A DNA stretch of 64,000 bases from Epiperipatus broadwayi (taxonomy: Eukaryota; Animalia; Onychophora). The stretch covers positions 30,628,001 to 30,692,000 of the forward strand of contig JAQFVV010000002.1 of assembly GCA_028023455.1 (NCBI GenBank), in the 5' to 3' direction. The notes beneath the pieces were generated by a model. That model was not told the DNA's origin, ran no database searches, and saw nothing but the letters and a program-made list of their open reading frames with translations. Positions 13,030 to 25,739 of this stretch are shown here, one piece after another. The first letter of the stretch is position 1. Each line of letters opens with the position of its first letter. A program made the position numbers and the translations under genes.

Positions 13030-14250
13030 CTCAGTGACTGTACAAACTAATCTGTGAGCCACAAATACATCTACGATATAGAACATGCTGCCCAATCTTT
13101 CTGTTTATTTGATATTTTACAATGTTGCCTCGTAATTTCTTCAGCAGAAACTTTCTTTCGTAAATATTTCAAACCCATGTCTTATTGTTTTCCCTCCAAA
13201 ATACTTTATTCTGTTTCATATTTTTCCTATGGAAACAATCAACATTGCATTTCTTTAAAATGTCTTTGACATAATCCTTATAATGTAGATGGGGTCTACC
13301 TTTTCCATGAATCTATGCTCAAGATCACTATGAAACACTTTTTTTTTAGGAAGTCTTGGATTGTTCATTCTTTTAAATGTCCAGTCCAATGAAGGTGTGA
13401 TTTTACAATAGTGGATACCGTAACATGACATCCAATAAATTGATGAACATATTGATTGGTTTTATTGCTGTTAGGTTTTTAAAATTTTACAGAGCATCCA
13501 TAAATGAAACTTTTCTAATGCCATTGCATGAATAGAGTGTCCAAGTTTCACTTCCACACAATAAATTAGGTAAACTAACAGCTTTATATATAGCTGACTT
13601 AGTCGCAGTATTTCCCACTCATAGAGACAAAAGGTGATGTTTAATGGTTCATAATATTTCCCTATGATGAAAATTTCTTTTAACTTGTTAAAAATAGTAA
13701 CAACATCTACATTGTACTTCAACAGCTAAATCCACCATTCTTCTTATAAAACTACTAAAGTATTCAAATTGGTTTATATTCTCAAGGTGATAACCATCCA
13801 AGGTAAAAGTTATTGAAGATTTTTTTTGTGCCGCTGGTTGATAAAGAACTGGTTTTTTTTGAATATTAATTATTAAGCCCAAGTTCTTATAATTACATTC
13901 AAAGCATTAATTGCATATTGTAGATTGTCTTTTGAACTGAAAAAATAGCTAACCATCAGCATACTATAAATCCAGGATCCAAAAAGATCGGAAGTTTTTA
14001 TTTATATTTTTAATCAATTCAAATTATAAAATCCACTGTCAAACCTGTATTACATTTTGATTCTTGATTCATTAAGTCACTTATAAACATCTGTAAAGAC
14101 TGCAGTCGTAACAACTGAAAATAGTGTCGGAGCAAATACACTTCCTTGTTAACAGGAAACTTTAATATCTATATCTGGACTCGATATAATAACCTTTAGC
14201 CTAATAGAAATCATTTATGTACGCATCTAAAGATGATGATTGCCATTAGT
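13030..14250 (-). mobile_element. RTE/BovB-like LINE remnant (RT to C-terminus)
   Basis: Minus strand KQGSVFAPTLFSVV (RT), LEKFHLWMLCKIL and LHWTGHL; the 3' part is homologous to 19880-20110. Confidence 0.7.
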
Positions 14251-15760
14251 TAAGTGCTCATAAGAAGTATAGCATTTAATGTATGACATATAAATAAGGG
14301 ATAATAATGGCGACACTTGAAAGAGGTTTGTACCTGAACCAGCCGAAGAATGTTCATTTATCTAAAAGTGCACCTTGGGATCATTTGCCATTTCCTAAGT
14401 CCATTCATTTGTTTGAAGTATGATAAGTAATATAATAGATTTAAGACATATCTAAAATAACGGTATTCCTGAAATAAAGACAGCAAACTTAAATAAGTAG
14501 TTTTATACAATAATTTAAATCTGCTTTTACTTATAATCATTTAATTGATTATTTTATATTTATTTATATATACCCAAACGAAAAATGTGTGTACTTCAGT
14601 ATACTGTAATCTGACTATTAAATTTTTAACCGATTTAAATTAGGAGATGGTTACAGCTTCTTCATGATTTCTATATGATTTGAGACGTAGAATTGCCTGA
14701 GTGATAATGCCATTCAATTATTATTTTTTATTGCAAGCAATTCTTAAAATGTAATGGTAGATGGTTATATTAATAATGGAGTGATAATAAGACAATCCAT
14801 AGCGTTATCTAGATATAAAATAAAAATACGTCAGGTCAGATCAGAATAGTTTGAAAAATTGGCAACAATTTTACAGGTCAGAATAGTTTGAAAAATTGGC
14901 AACAATTTTACAGGAAAAGGTGCTATTAGAGGATGCAGTTACCTTTAAAAGTAAAGAAAATATATTATTCAGCATTGCAAAGAGATATGCAAATTTTTCA
15001 TGATTGTTAATTGAACTTTCTTTATAAAGATGTAATATGATTTAAAAGAGCCAAGTAGGTATTAAATTTCATTGTTCTCTGTATAAAGTGTGACATCTAC
15101 ATTTAAATGTTACAGCGATGTGAAATGATTTCTTAGACAGAGTTAGAAGGTTTACACTTAGAAGTCTATTTTACCAGAAACTCTTTTGGGCAAATATTTT
15201 TATGCTACATCACTGCCATCAAGTGGCAAAAAGAGGTAAAACAGTGTTTCTCCTTTTTTTAAAGGTTATTCTGTATTCTTGATCTGTCAATCCCAGATCT
15301 TATTCCATGCATTATTTAAACTGTTTAAGCTAAGTATAACTTATTTTAGAGTTTCTTTTATTTTGGAATTTCCATTTTGGTGGAAAAGCTGATAATATTC
15401 TGATGCTTTTGCCTTTTCAATGACTCAGTGTTCCCGATGTGTGTTGATGTTTCTGTACATCCATATTATGTTGAAACGGTCTATTTAAGTGCTGTTTAAG
15501 ATAAAACTTTTTTATTGGATGGTACATTGAAATTGTACAGAATATAACTGAAATATATAATGGAGTGTTGTTTTGGTCATTTACTGTGAAAACTGGAGAT
15601 AACAATTAATGGTCTCTGCCAAAGATAACATGGGTATATTCTCCTGTAAAGATTGCAAATAAAATTTGAGTCAAATTCTATATCTTTTTTAACTTTAGGC
15701 ATGAAGAGATGAGTGGCCCAGTTCTTAATTATATAATTATCATGAAGTAGTAATTAATTC

Positions 15761-16078
15761 ATGGATTTTTGTCAGAGTTGCTTTTTATTCTGGTCTTGAC
15801 AGTTTCTCTATATAGGTTTTTTAGGGGTAGCTTATTTTTGAAGGAGCCTTTTTTTAATACACTACCACATGGATTTTTGGCAGAGTTGCTTTTTATTCTG
15901 GTCTTGACAGTTTCTCTATATAGGTTTTTTAGGGGTAGCTTATTTTTGAAGGAGCCTTTTTTTAATACACTACCACATGGATTTTTGTCAGAGTTGCTTT
16001 TTATTCTGGTCTTGACAGTTTCTCTATATAGGTTTTTTAGGGATAGCTTATTTTTGAAGGAGCCTTTTTTAAATACAC
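15761..16078. repeat. 108-bp tandem repeat, ~3 copies
   Basis: Units start at 15761, 15869 and 15977 and are nearly identical. Confidence 0.95.
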
Positions 16079-16333
16079 AGCCACAACAGATTTGTTAATA
16101 CTTATCATATGATCTTAGCATTCATTATCACTAGAGAAAGAGTTTTTGCCCTTTTAGGACTTATGTTAGGTTTATTATCCAGCAAGAAAGGAAACAGGAT
16201 GGAATTTTCATTTTTGAGAAAAACCAACATTATTTCATGTTGTCTTTTTTTGAAATTCTTCAACACTTCATTGTTTTAAGCTCAAGATAATCTTGCTGAA
16301 TTAATCTGTAGATCTCACCTAAGTGTATATATG

Positions 16334-17373
16334 TATAAAATACATATTTTGCGGGTTCATCCATGTTAAAAACTTTTAATATTAATATACTGATGTTTCG
16401 ACTTGGTCACACAAGTCATCCACAGAGTTATAAAAGGTAGAAAGACGGTTGTAGAGGCGCTACAATCACTGATTTGAAAAAATGTTAAAATTCCACCAAT
16501 AGCAAAAATGTTAAATTTAGGAATGTTTTTTAAAAAAATCTTTCCAAATAGGAGGAAGTTTGCATGTATCATCTCGCTTATTGATACAATCTGGCCTTTT
16601 AAGTATCTCAATGGCTTCTCTAATTTTGCACTGGTAGAGATTATCACATCTGGATATGATCCTGGTACTAGAAAAATCAATTTTTTTGACCTGAATTCAT
16701 AGTATGGAGTAAGAGTGCTGCTGATGATGAGAGGTGTTTTACTGCATTAGCATGCTCATCTCTCCTACCACTGATGCAACGATTACTCATACCTATGTAA
16801 GAAGCTTTACAATTTTTACATGAGATTTGATAGACACCATGAGATTCAAGAGGGATTGAATCCTTAGGCTTTGTTATTATATTGCTGATCTTTTGATGAG
16901 CAGAAAATGCTGTATCTATATTATAGCATTTTAATATATGTCCGATACTGTCTGTAGTTTCTTTTACATATGGAACACAAATCCTAATAGCTGATTTATC
17001 ATCTTTTTGTTTCCTATTTTGTCTATTTTGATTTTTCTAGTACCAGGATCATATCCAGATGTGATAATCTCTACCAGCGCAAAATTAGAGAAGCCATTGA
17101 GATACTTAAAAGGCCAGATTGTATCAATAAGCGAGATGATACCTGCAAACTTCCTCCTATTTGGAAATATTTTTTTTAAAAACATTCTTAATTTAACATT
17201 TTTGCTATTGGTGGAATTTTAACATTTTATTCAAATCAGTGATTGTAGCGCCTCTACAACCGTCTTTCTACCTTTTATAACTCTGTGAATGGCTTGTGTG
17301 ACCAAGTCGAAATGTCAGTATATTAATATTAAAAGCTTTTAACACGGATGAACCTGTAAAATATGTATTTTAT
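16334..17373. mobile_element. Family F fold-back, probably Penelope-derived, with variant minimal hammerheads in both arms
   Basis: Arms 16334-16680 and 17028-17373. Arm consensus ACT CTGTGGA T GACTTG-TGTGAC-CAAGTC GAAAC GTC AGT at 16389-16428 (-) and 17279-17319 (+). Confidence 0.7.
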
Positions 17374-17554
17374 ATATTTAACCCATGCAAATCTTCGTTT
17401 TAACATATATATATATATGAGTCTATCATTTTTAACTGTGGAGCAAAAGATTGTAAGAAACAATATTAATAAATATGATTTTCTCAAAATAAATTTAATT
17501 ATAGATATTAATAATCTCTCTATTTCTCTGTATGCTAAAAGTCAAAATGTTTGT

Positions 17555-18200
17555 ATCATTTTCAAACTTTCTCAGTCCATTGCAGGGTAAAGATCTCTTC
17601 AAATTTAATCCACCCTCCCCAATCTTTATCATTCTTCTTCACAACACATGACTGGACTTTATTTTATCTGTTCATCGCACATGCGGTCTCTTTCTGTATT
17701 TTTTGCAATCTCTTGGAATCTCATTTAAACCTTCAACTGTTCATCTGTTATCATCTCTTTTAGAAATATATTCAACTCTGTTCCATTTCGCTGTCCAACT
17801 TTTTCAGCAATATCAGTTTTATCTGCTTGTTCTCTCACCCGTATATTTCATTTTTGATAGCTTCTTCTTGTTCCTAATATACATTTGTCTATACTTTGTT
17901 AAGTGCTGTGAAATCTCTGTATTGTTCTTGTATTAAGTATCCAAGTTTCTGTTATCATCTCTTCTAGAAATATATCCAACTCCGTTCCATTTCACTATCT
18001 AAGTTTTGGAATAATATCATTCATACCTGCTTGTTCTCTCATCCATGTATTTCATTTTTGATATCTTTTTATTTCTAATATACATCTCTCCTTACTTTGT
18101 TAAAAGCTCTGAAATCTCAGTCTTGCTCTTGTATTAAGTATCCAAGTCTCCGATCTGTAAGAAACTGATTTGGACCCATCTATTAAAACCTTTGTTTTTT
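17555..18200 (-). mobile_element. RTE-clade LINE 3' fragments, diverged and partly duplicated
   Basis: Homologous to 7633-7935, with an internal duplication of the ttatcatctcttctagaaatatat block. Confidence 0.65.
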
Positions 18201-18515
18201 TGAATACATAGGCATATTTCATTTTAAGATTAAGTTATTTCTATCAAAAGCACTCCGTCCAAGTTTAATTCTGCGATTAATTTCATCCATTATGTTTACA
18301 TTTGTATTAATAATCTGACCAAGGTATTTGTTATTTTGTTCTTCCGTTGAACATTACTTAAAGTCATATGACTTTGGATCATTATAAATGGAGTTGCTAC
18401 TGAGTGACAACGTAGATAATACAATTTCAAAACTTTGGCTTCAATAGCAATATAAAATTAAAATTTCGTAGTTGAATTAGTAAATGCAGTGCAAAGCAGT
18501 ACTAAGATATTAATT

Positions 18516-18761
18516 AAAACAGGCAAAACTCTCCATACAGTAGCGCCACTCAGTGCCAACCAGAGTAATCAATGGATGCCAGAAGGCTTGTGCATAAAAT
18601 CCCTATCTAGTGCCTACTCATCCAATATCTCCAGACTATCAGTGAGGAGCTTTGATTACTCTGGTTGGCATTGAGTGGCATACTGTACGGAGAGTTTTGC
18701 CCGTTTTAATAACAGTAATGTGCTAGCATAAGAAATAGGGATCATGTGATGTTTAGTGTTT
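18516..18761. mobile_element. Family A repeat, short fold-back with hammerhead deleted
   Basis: 13-bp TSD TAAGATATTAATT at 18503-18515 and 18762-18774. Confidence 0.85.
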
Positions 18762-19149
18762 TAAGATATTAATTTTTTAGTGCTTACATTTTTGCATCTA
18801 AAGTAGGGAGAAAGACTTCATGAAGTTGGGGAAGTTGCATTATTTTAAGCATTGATATTTACAATGAGCACCTTTTTTTGATTTATGGAATATGATAGAG
18901 TTCAGTAAACTTGCAATATCTTATATACCTGACATAGAATAGCATGTGCATATTTCCGGATTTACTAATGAATGGCAGCTATTATGGTGTGTGTTGATGG
19001 CAAAGTGGAGGTCTGCCTTGTATTATGAATAATTTAATTACTGGACCAAAGGTACGAATATAGTGAACTGAATCATTTTTATATAGTTAGAACTTAAGTT
19101 TCTAACTACAAATCATTATCAATAGGATTCTATCCTATGGATGCTGGTT

Positions 19150-20110
19150 ATTTAATTTAGGATACTTTATCACGGGGAAATAACTGCCACAGGTAAGTTA
19201 GCTATATGTAGAGCTGTTATTTTACCTAATTTATTGTATGGATGTAAAACAAGGACAGCCTATCAAAGCAATATAAATGCACCAGAAATGCTTCATTTAA
19301 GGAATCGTCTTAAAATTGTAAAAAATGCAATGGCAATATCATAAAATCAATCAATATGATCTTCAACTCGCAGAATATGATATTAGAGAATCCACTAAAA
19401 CTAATGAATAATGCAAGACTTTCTAAAAAAGTGTTTTATGGTTAACTTGGGCATTGTATTCATGGGAGAGGTAAATGTTATCTATGTTATAAGGATTTCC
19501 ATTAAATCAAGTCATATGTCACATAATTTAATTTAGCAAGCTTGTATTACAAATGTTATATAAAGAGCTTAATTGTTTTCTTTAGCGGATTAAATCGCTT
19601 TTATATGTTATATGCTTAATAAGCTTTGCAGAATATCCCCAACCCCAGACCGGTTTCTGCTACTGGCTTAGATAGCTGGATATCTGAAAATTTCAGATTA
19701 TCTATTTAATAGTTATCCATTAGATAAAGCGCTGGGTTTTTCCTGGTATTTTTAATCTAATGCTTGAATATCCTAGCACCTCACTGAGGAAGCCAGTAAC
19801 AGAAACCGGACTTGGGTTGGGTTGGTATATTCTGCAAAACTTGTTAAGAGCTTATTTGTGAGCTCTTTATATAACATTTTCATTAAAGAATGCAATATTG
19901 ATTGTTTCCATTGGGAAAATATGGCAAGAAATAGAATACATTGGAGATCTACAATTAGACATGGTGTTGAAGTATTTTAGAAAGGTTTTCCTTTGAAGAA
20001 ATAAAAAGACAGTTTTGCAAAATATCAAACAAATAGAAAATGGACCAGCATATTCTACATATGGATTTAGATGTGATTCAGCGATCATTTTTTATAGTCT
20101 GTACAAAACT
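19150..20110 (+). mobile_element. RTE/BovB-like LINE remnant interrupted by family D
   Basis: KLAICRAVILPNLLYGCKT, MNNARLSKKVFYG and CNIDCFHWENMARNRIHWRSTIRHG. Confidence 0.75.
19545..19880. mobile_element. Family D fold-back carrying a second type I hammerhead family
   Basis: Partial HHR at 19631-19669 (-) and HHR at 19766-19832 (+). Arm consensus GAATATCCT-AGC-ACCTCA CTGAGGA A-GC-CAGTA-GC-A GAAAC-CG-GTC TGGGGT-TG-GGGATATTC. Confidence 0.75.
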
Positions 20111-20519
20111 AATGTCTAGGGCAGTTTTTTTTTCTTTTCCTTTTCCCTCTTTGAATTGGAATGACCCTAGTCATTTATGAATGTCTGCTGTATGTATAGG
20201 TAATATTTATGATTTAATAAGTACTTATTTGTCATAGGATATTGGTTATGTGATGTACCATTCTTTTTGGAAATCACAAATCTCCAATGTACCACAATAT
20301 GTCAAAGATTTGCAATAGCTTTTATTTCAAGCTTAAAAGATGTCTATATTTTATAACAAATCTATTTCTCAAGCATTATTTTAAACACATCCAATACTTT
20401 AGGTTTCATATCTTCGGTAGTAATTAGATCAAAATATTACTCTTTCTAAAATCTGAATCTGACATTTTTTTCCAATCTCAAATATATATTTTTAAAATCC
20501 AATAATACTACACATCTAA

Positions 20520-23480
20520 TAGTAAGAGTTTATGATTATACTTTGCTTTAATTAAAATAATTGGTGAATGTTGCACTAATATGCAGCTAAAGAGAAGTTT
20601 GCGCTTTAGAGTTGATGTATTAAGATATGCTAAGTGCTTTCGAAGGCTTATGTTTTCATATTTATAGCTGAGATTAAAGTGTAATGTTTGATTGTTGAAT
20701 GTTAATTAGTGTTATAAAGTCCGTTTTTGGGAGAGAAGGAAGCATGAGTCTTTGTGGTTAATAGCTTAGGGGAGTTCACTATAAAGTAAGCTTCTCTCAT
20801 TTTTTGTTGTGAGTTGTCTCTTTATATACTAAATAGTTGCTGTGGTTGGTGTGAATATGTGTCCGGTTAATTTCTGGTGGTTGAAAAATACTGAACTGCA
20901 CTCTGGTTTGATGGTTGCCTTTTTATAGGTGTATTGGTGTTGAAATAAATGGGTGGCTAGTGATCTATAAGATTTATCAAAATAAGTTGAATTACATTCA
21001 CTGTTATGGCATTGAATTTTATAAACAGCTCAGGGGATGAGGTCAGGTTGTAGTTTGTTTTTCGAGTTTTAGTCTATTGGAGGAAGTGGGGGAGGTGCAG
21101 TAGGCAAGGCAGTATATAAATAAAAATACTTTCTTGTAAGTTTTAATGAGAGAGGAATATATGGAAGGAGAAACAATGGTCTATCATCGGAGATAGAGTT
21201 AATGTTCTTATAAAAGTGCCATATTTTGTTTATACAAGGCTGTTGCTAAATCCGATGCAAATGAGATCTTTGGTGTATACTTCTAGGCTGGTTTTCCAAG
21301 AGGCTTCATATTTACACAACGTTTGATTACAAAATAGAAAGGATAATAGTGGTGTGGAGAATCTAGGGTGCATGAAACCTTGTACTTCAATTAGTTTAAT
21401 ATACATGTTGTAATCACAGTAGAATGTATTCTTTTGTATTGTGTAGAGTTGTCACGTTCTGTGGTTAATCATAATGCAGAAAGATTTTGTAAGTTGGCTT
21501 TAATTTCTTGGATAACTGTTTCTGGAACTGTATTAAAGATATGGTTGACATATACTTATGAACCTCAGCCTCTCAGTTCAAATGCTTTCACACTGTCTAG
21601 AATTTTTCTATCATGTCTACAGTTCAAAATTATCCCCCACTCACGTTGACTGAAAATTAATCCATCTATTTACAACTTTCCAGGAATTTAAAGGCAGTTT
21701 AAATGCAGTTAATAAAAACAGTCATTAGAAGTCTTAACTGCACCATTAAAAAAGAAAAAACTCTCCATAGCATCCACCAACACATCTTCAAATGTAACAA
21801 CTTTGCCCACAAAAACTAAAAAAGAAATTTAGCTGCAAGGTTATCTTTCTAGCATACAAACAAGGCATACCTCTACCAATTCAACAAAATTAAAATAAAA
21901 ACTCATTCATCAACCTTACCACTTTTAACCCCCCCCCACCCTTGGTTAAACATGTTCTGGACTTAGGACCAAGATATGTAGGAGGCTGCTGGAAACAACT
22001 ATTGGTGGAACTTATTACTGATGTAGAAGCAGGCCTTTAATAAGACTCAATGGCTCATCGATCAGTTAGGATTTGGCATTTACACCATTAGATCTTCATT
22101 TGACTTCATCCCGAAATATCAAATCCGCTAAAAATGATCCTTCATACAAAATAGCCTCATTAGACATAACTGTTTATCAACAGATTTTTTATCTATAAAC
22201 ATTTTCAAATAAGAACTAAACAGTGTGAACTATTCACAAACACATATAGACTTTATCATTACATTTCTTTCTTGACTTAAACAACAATTTAATAGCAATG
22301 TTTAGTGGCTTATACTCTAAAATGTTAGTTGGTTGGCCTATGGGTCTTCCACTGAGTAGTGTTGTTTCCAGCCTATATATGAACTATTTTGAAAAACAAA
22401 TCATACCACAATACTGTGAGAACTATTCAAACTTCATTTATACAGTTGATGACATCTTTATTACAGCTCCAGAACCAATTATCCAACAAATTAAAGCCAA
22501 CTTACAAAGTCTTTCTGCATGATTAACCATAAAACCTGAGGACTCTACACAACACCTCAAATATATGAAAGAAATTGCTTCACCTTGATTATACTATGCA
22601 TATTAAACCACTCGAAGTACGAGGCTTCACATACCTTAGATCCACCACACCATTTGCAGGATTATCATCCTTTCTATTTTGTAATCAAACATTGTGTAAA
22701 TATGAAGCTTTCCAGAAAACCAACCTAGAAGCATACACCAAAGATCTCATTTCTATCAGATTTAGCAGCAGCTTTGTAAAAAACAAAATGATACTTTTAC
22801 AAAGCATCAATTCCATCTCCCCCTCTGCTGATAGACCATGGTTTCTCCACCAACATGTTCCCTCTCTCACTAGAACTTACAAGAAATTATTTTTATTTAT
22901 GTATTGCCTTGCCTACCACACCCCCTCCCTTTCTCCAATAGACTTTTTTAAATAACTCAAAAGGCAAACTAAAACCTGCTCTCACCCCTGTGCTGTTTGT
23001 AAAATCCAATGCCCTCACACTGAGTGTAGATCAACTTGTTTTGGTGAATCTTGTGCATCACTAACCACTCATTTATTTCAATGCTAATACACTTACAAGA
23101 AAGCAACTACAAAAATAGAGTGCAGTTCAGTATTTTTCGACCACCAAAAATTAACCAGACACATATTCACCCCAATCACAGCAACTATTCAGTAATGAAA
23201 AATTTGAGAAGCATACTTTATAGCTAACTTCTAAGTTGTTAACTAAAAAGACTCATCCTTCCCTCTCCAAAAAAATGGACCTTATAACACTAATTAACAT
23301 TCAATAATTTTAGTCAAATTTAAAATTCTACTACTGCATATATAATCACAATACAATATCCCACCATATCACTGTTTTATCCCACCTATGAATATAAAAG
23401 CAAAATGTTTCAAAAGCACTTAGCGTATCTTAATACATCAACTCTAAAGCTCAAACTTTTCTTTAGCCACGTATTAATGC
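20520..23480. mobile_element. Decayed Penelope-like element with inverted (tail-out) partial copy
   Basis: Plus strand GWPMGLPLSSVVSSLYMNYFEK...YTVDDIF (PLE RT) and CPHTECRSTCFGES (GIY-YIG region). 20520-21650 is a diverged reverse complement of ~22400-23480. Confidence 0.75.
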
Positions 23481-24578
23481 ACCACTCGCCAATATTACAA
23501 ATTTTCAATTTCTGTCAACAAATATAAACCTCTTTCCCCGCTTCCTTTATTTGTACTCTCTTTACTCTCCGAAGCACTGTTCAAATGTTATAATTCCTTC
23601 CTAGTTGCATGAGAACTAAATGCTATACCAAGCCAACAGTATTAGGCAAAGGTATAACATTACATATATTGTTATATTTGTCGTAATAAATAAATATTTA
23701 ATCGTACTTGATGACTTTGTGTTTATATGTAACTACTTATTAAACACAATGGTATGGTAATTTGGTAGTTGTGGAGGGACTGTACTGCCACCGTCAGATG
23801 GCGCTGTGACACCATCAACAACTACCGGTAATTTTTTTTTTCGCAGTAGTTTCCACTATTTTTTGTTACACTCTCACTTTTCTAATCAATATGTCTACTT
23901 TTCATTCCCGTTCCTAGTAATATTTCATTGCCATTAAGTACTGAATCTTCTCATTCCAATTTCACATTATTTTTCATTTATTTTCTGTATATGCTATATC
24001 ATTTTTTATTTTCCATTTAATTCACTTAAAAAACTATTTTGATAATAGTATTATCACACTGGAGTTGAAGTTTTTCCAGCATTTACAGTTTACTCAAATC
24101 GTACTTCATTTACAAAAAAACTAATCTCATTTTATCTAGTTTTGTTTTTTGAAACATTCTGGTTTGTAGTTTATCAATCTTCTTCATCATATTATTTAAG
24201 CACACACCATCATTAATATAAGTTAAAGTTTCATTATCGCTATTATTTCTAATTCATTTTTGTACATACATCTTGTTTTGCTTTACTGAGCAACATACTT
24301 ATCTATCTTTTAATATAGTCTTTTTTGTTGCTGTTGTATTGACATTTCACAAATTCATTTAGTTTCTTCAAACTAACATTTTGAGCTCTATATTATTTAA
24401 TTATCATCAATTCTTTTTTAAATTAGTTTTTATTCTTTCTCCACACTTTAATTTTGCTTCCAATATCTAACAGTTTTATAGCTTTCTTATTCTTGGCTAA
24501 TAAAATCTATCCTGGAATAAAAGGTAAAACAGAATGAATATAGCATTGTTTTGATCTGGCTTCTATATGATGAAACAA

Positions 24579-24968
24579 GGCAAAACTCTTCATACAGTAG
24601 CACCATTCAGTGCAAGCGAGATTAATCAATAGATGCAGGAAGGTTTGTACATAAAATCCCTACCTAGTGCCTTCTCATCCAATATCCCCAGACTAGTTTT
24701 TAGCTTGTGGCTTTCATCAGTGAGGAGCCTTGGATCTGAGAGCACTGCACCTAGGTCTTAGGATCTAATGCTGTCCTCCAGAAGCCACCTTTTACTTTAG
24801 TTAACTATAAAGCTTTGAGTCCAAAATGAAAACACAATAATGTTTTCAAGCTAAGCTCATCAGCTTGTATATTTGTATAGATCTGAACTAAATTCAACAT
24901 CCATACCTTTTGGTGTCTTTGGTTCTTTAAAAACAGCTTGTGTAAGCATAAAGAATGGTGATTACATG
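24579..24968 (-). mobile_element. Family A repeat with short inverted tail; HHR at 24677-24735 (-) has G12 to A
   Basis: 12-bp TSD ATGATGAAACAA at 24567-24578 and 24969-24980. Core reads CTGATGA AAGCCACAAGCTA AAAAC TA GTC. Confidence 0.85.
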
Positions 24969-25583
24969 ATGATGAAACAATATTTGTTTTTTATTCAAAC
25001 CAGGAATCTCTTAAGTTAGCAAACCCAATTAACAATAATATTTCTCCATTTGCTATTTTTAATCTTCATAGATTAAAATTTTAAATTAATTTTTTTAAAA
25101 AAAATTCATTTCCACACTATTGAATTTGTCTATTCAACAATTCTGGTTTTAAAACCATGAGTAGTTTTGCAATCCCAATGTAAAGCCCCCCCCCCTCCAT
25201 TTTCTGCATATTCTTTAGATTTGTGTTTACATATATGTATATATTCAATAATTCAGTTTTTTTTAAAAACATGCTTTACAAAATAATCCCTTAAGATTTT
25301 GTTTACAAATATATATCTCTATTGTGTGTCTCAATTCGAACTTTTCTTTCTATTATCATAAAATGATTTGGTAAGTTATTATTTATTCCTATATATACCT
25401 AAAGTTTTTTAAATTCTCCATATCTGCCCTCCGCCTCTATCTTGTCTTTTTCTTAATAATAACATCTCTTTTTATGTGCTTAAACATAAATTTTTTGCTC
25501 AGTTTTTAAGCATATCCTATTGTCATTTTTAACCATGTAATTAGTTGTCTTTATTTAAAACACAGTTAAAAAGTATTTTAGTT

Positions 25584-25677
25584 GTCAGGCGTTGATGGTC
25601 GAATGGTCAGCAAAGCTGCCTTACAAGCAGTTGTCATGGGTTCGCTTTCCGGCCGATGCTATGACATGAAAAAAAAA
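25584..25677 (+). mobile_element. tRNA-derived SINE (family S1)
   Basis: A/B-box-like motifs and an A tail, with TSD AAAAAGTATTTTAGTT on both sides; homologous to 33209 and 49371. Confidence 0.8.
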
Positions 25678-25739
25678 AGTATTTTAGTTATACTATTTAT
25701 TCAAAAAGTATAGTCTCAGCCAATTTATATCCCTTCCCC

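Noticed and set aside
23405-23450. Possible hammerhead in the Penelope pseudo-LTR
   Set aside because: The core is degenerate (TTGATGT) in both copies and the stems are not supportable.
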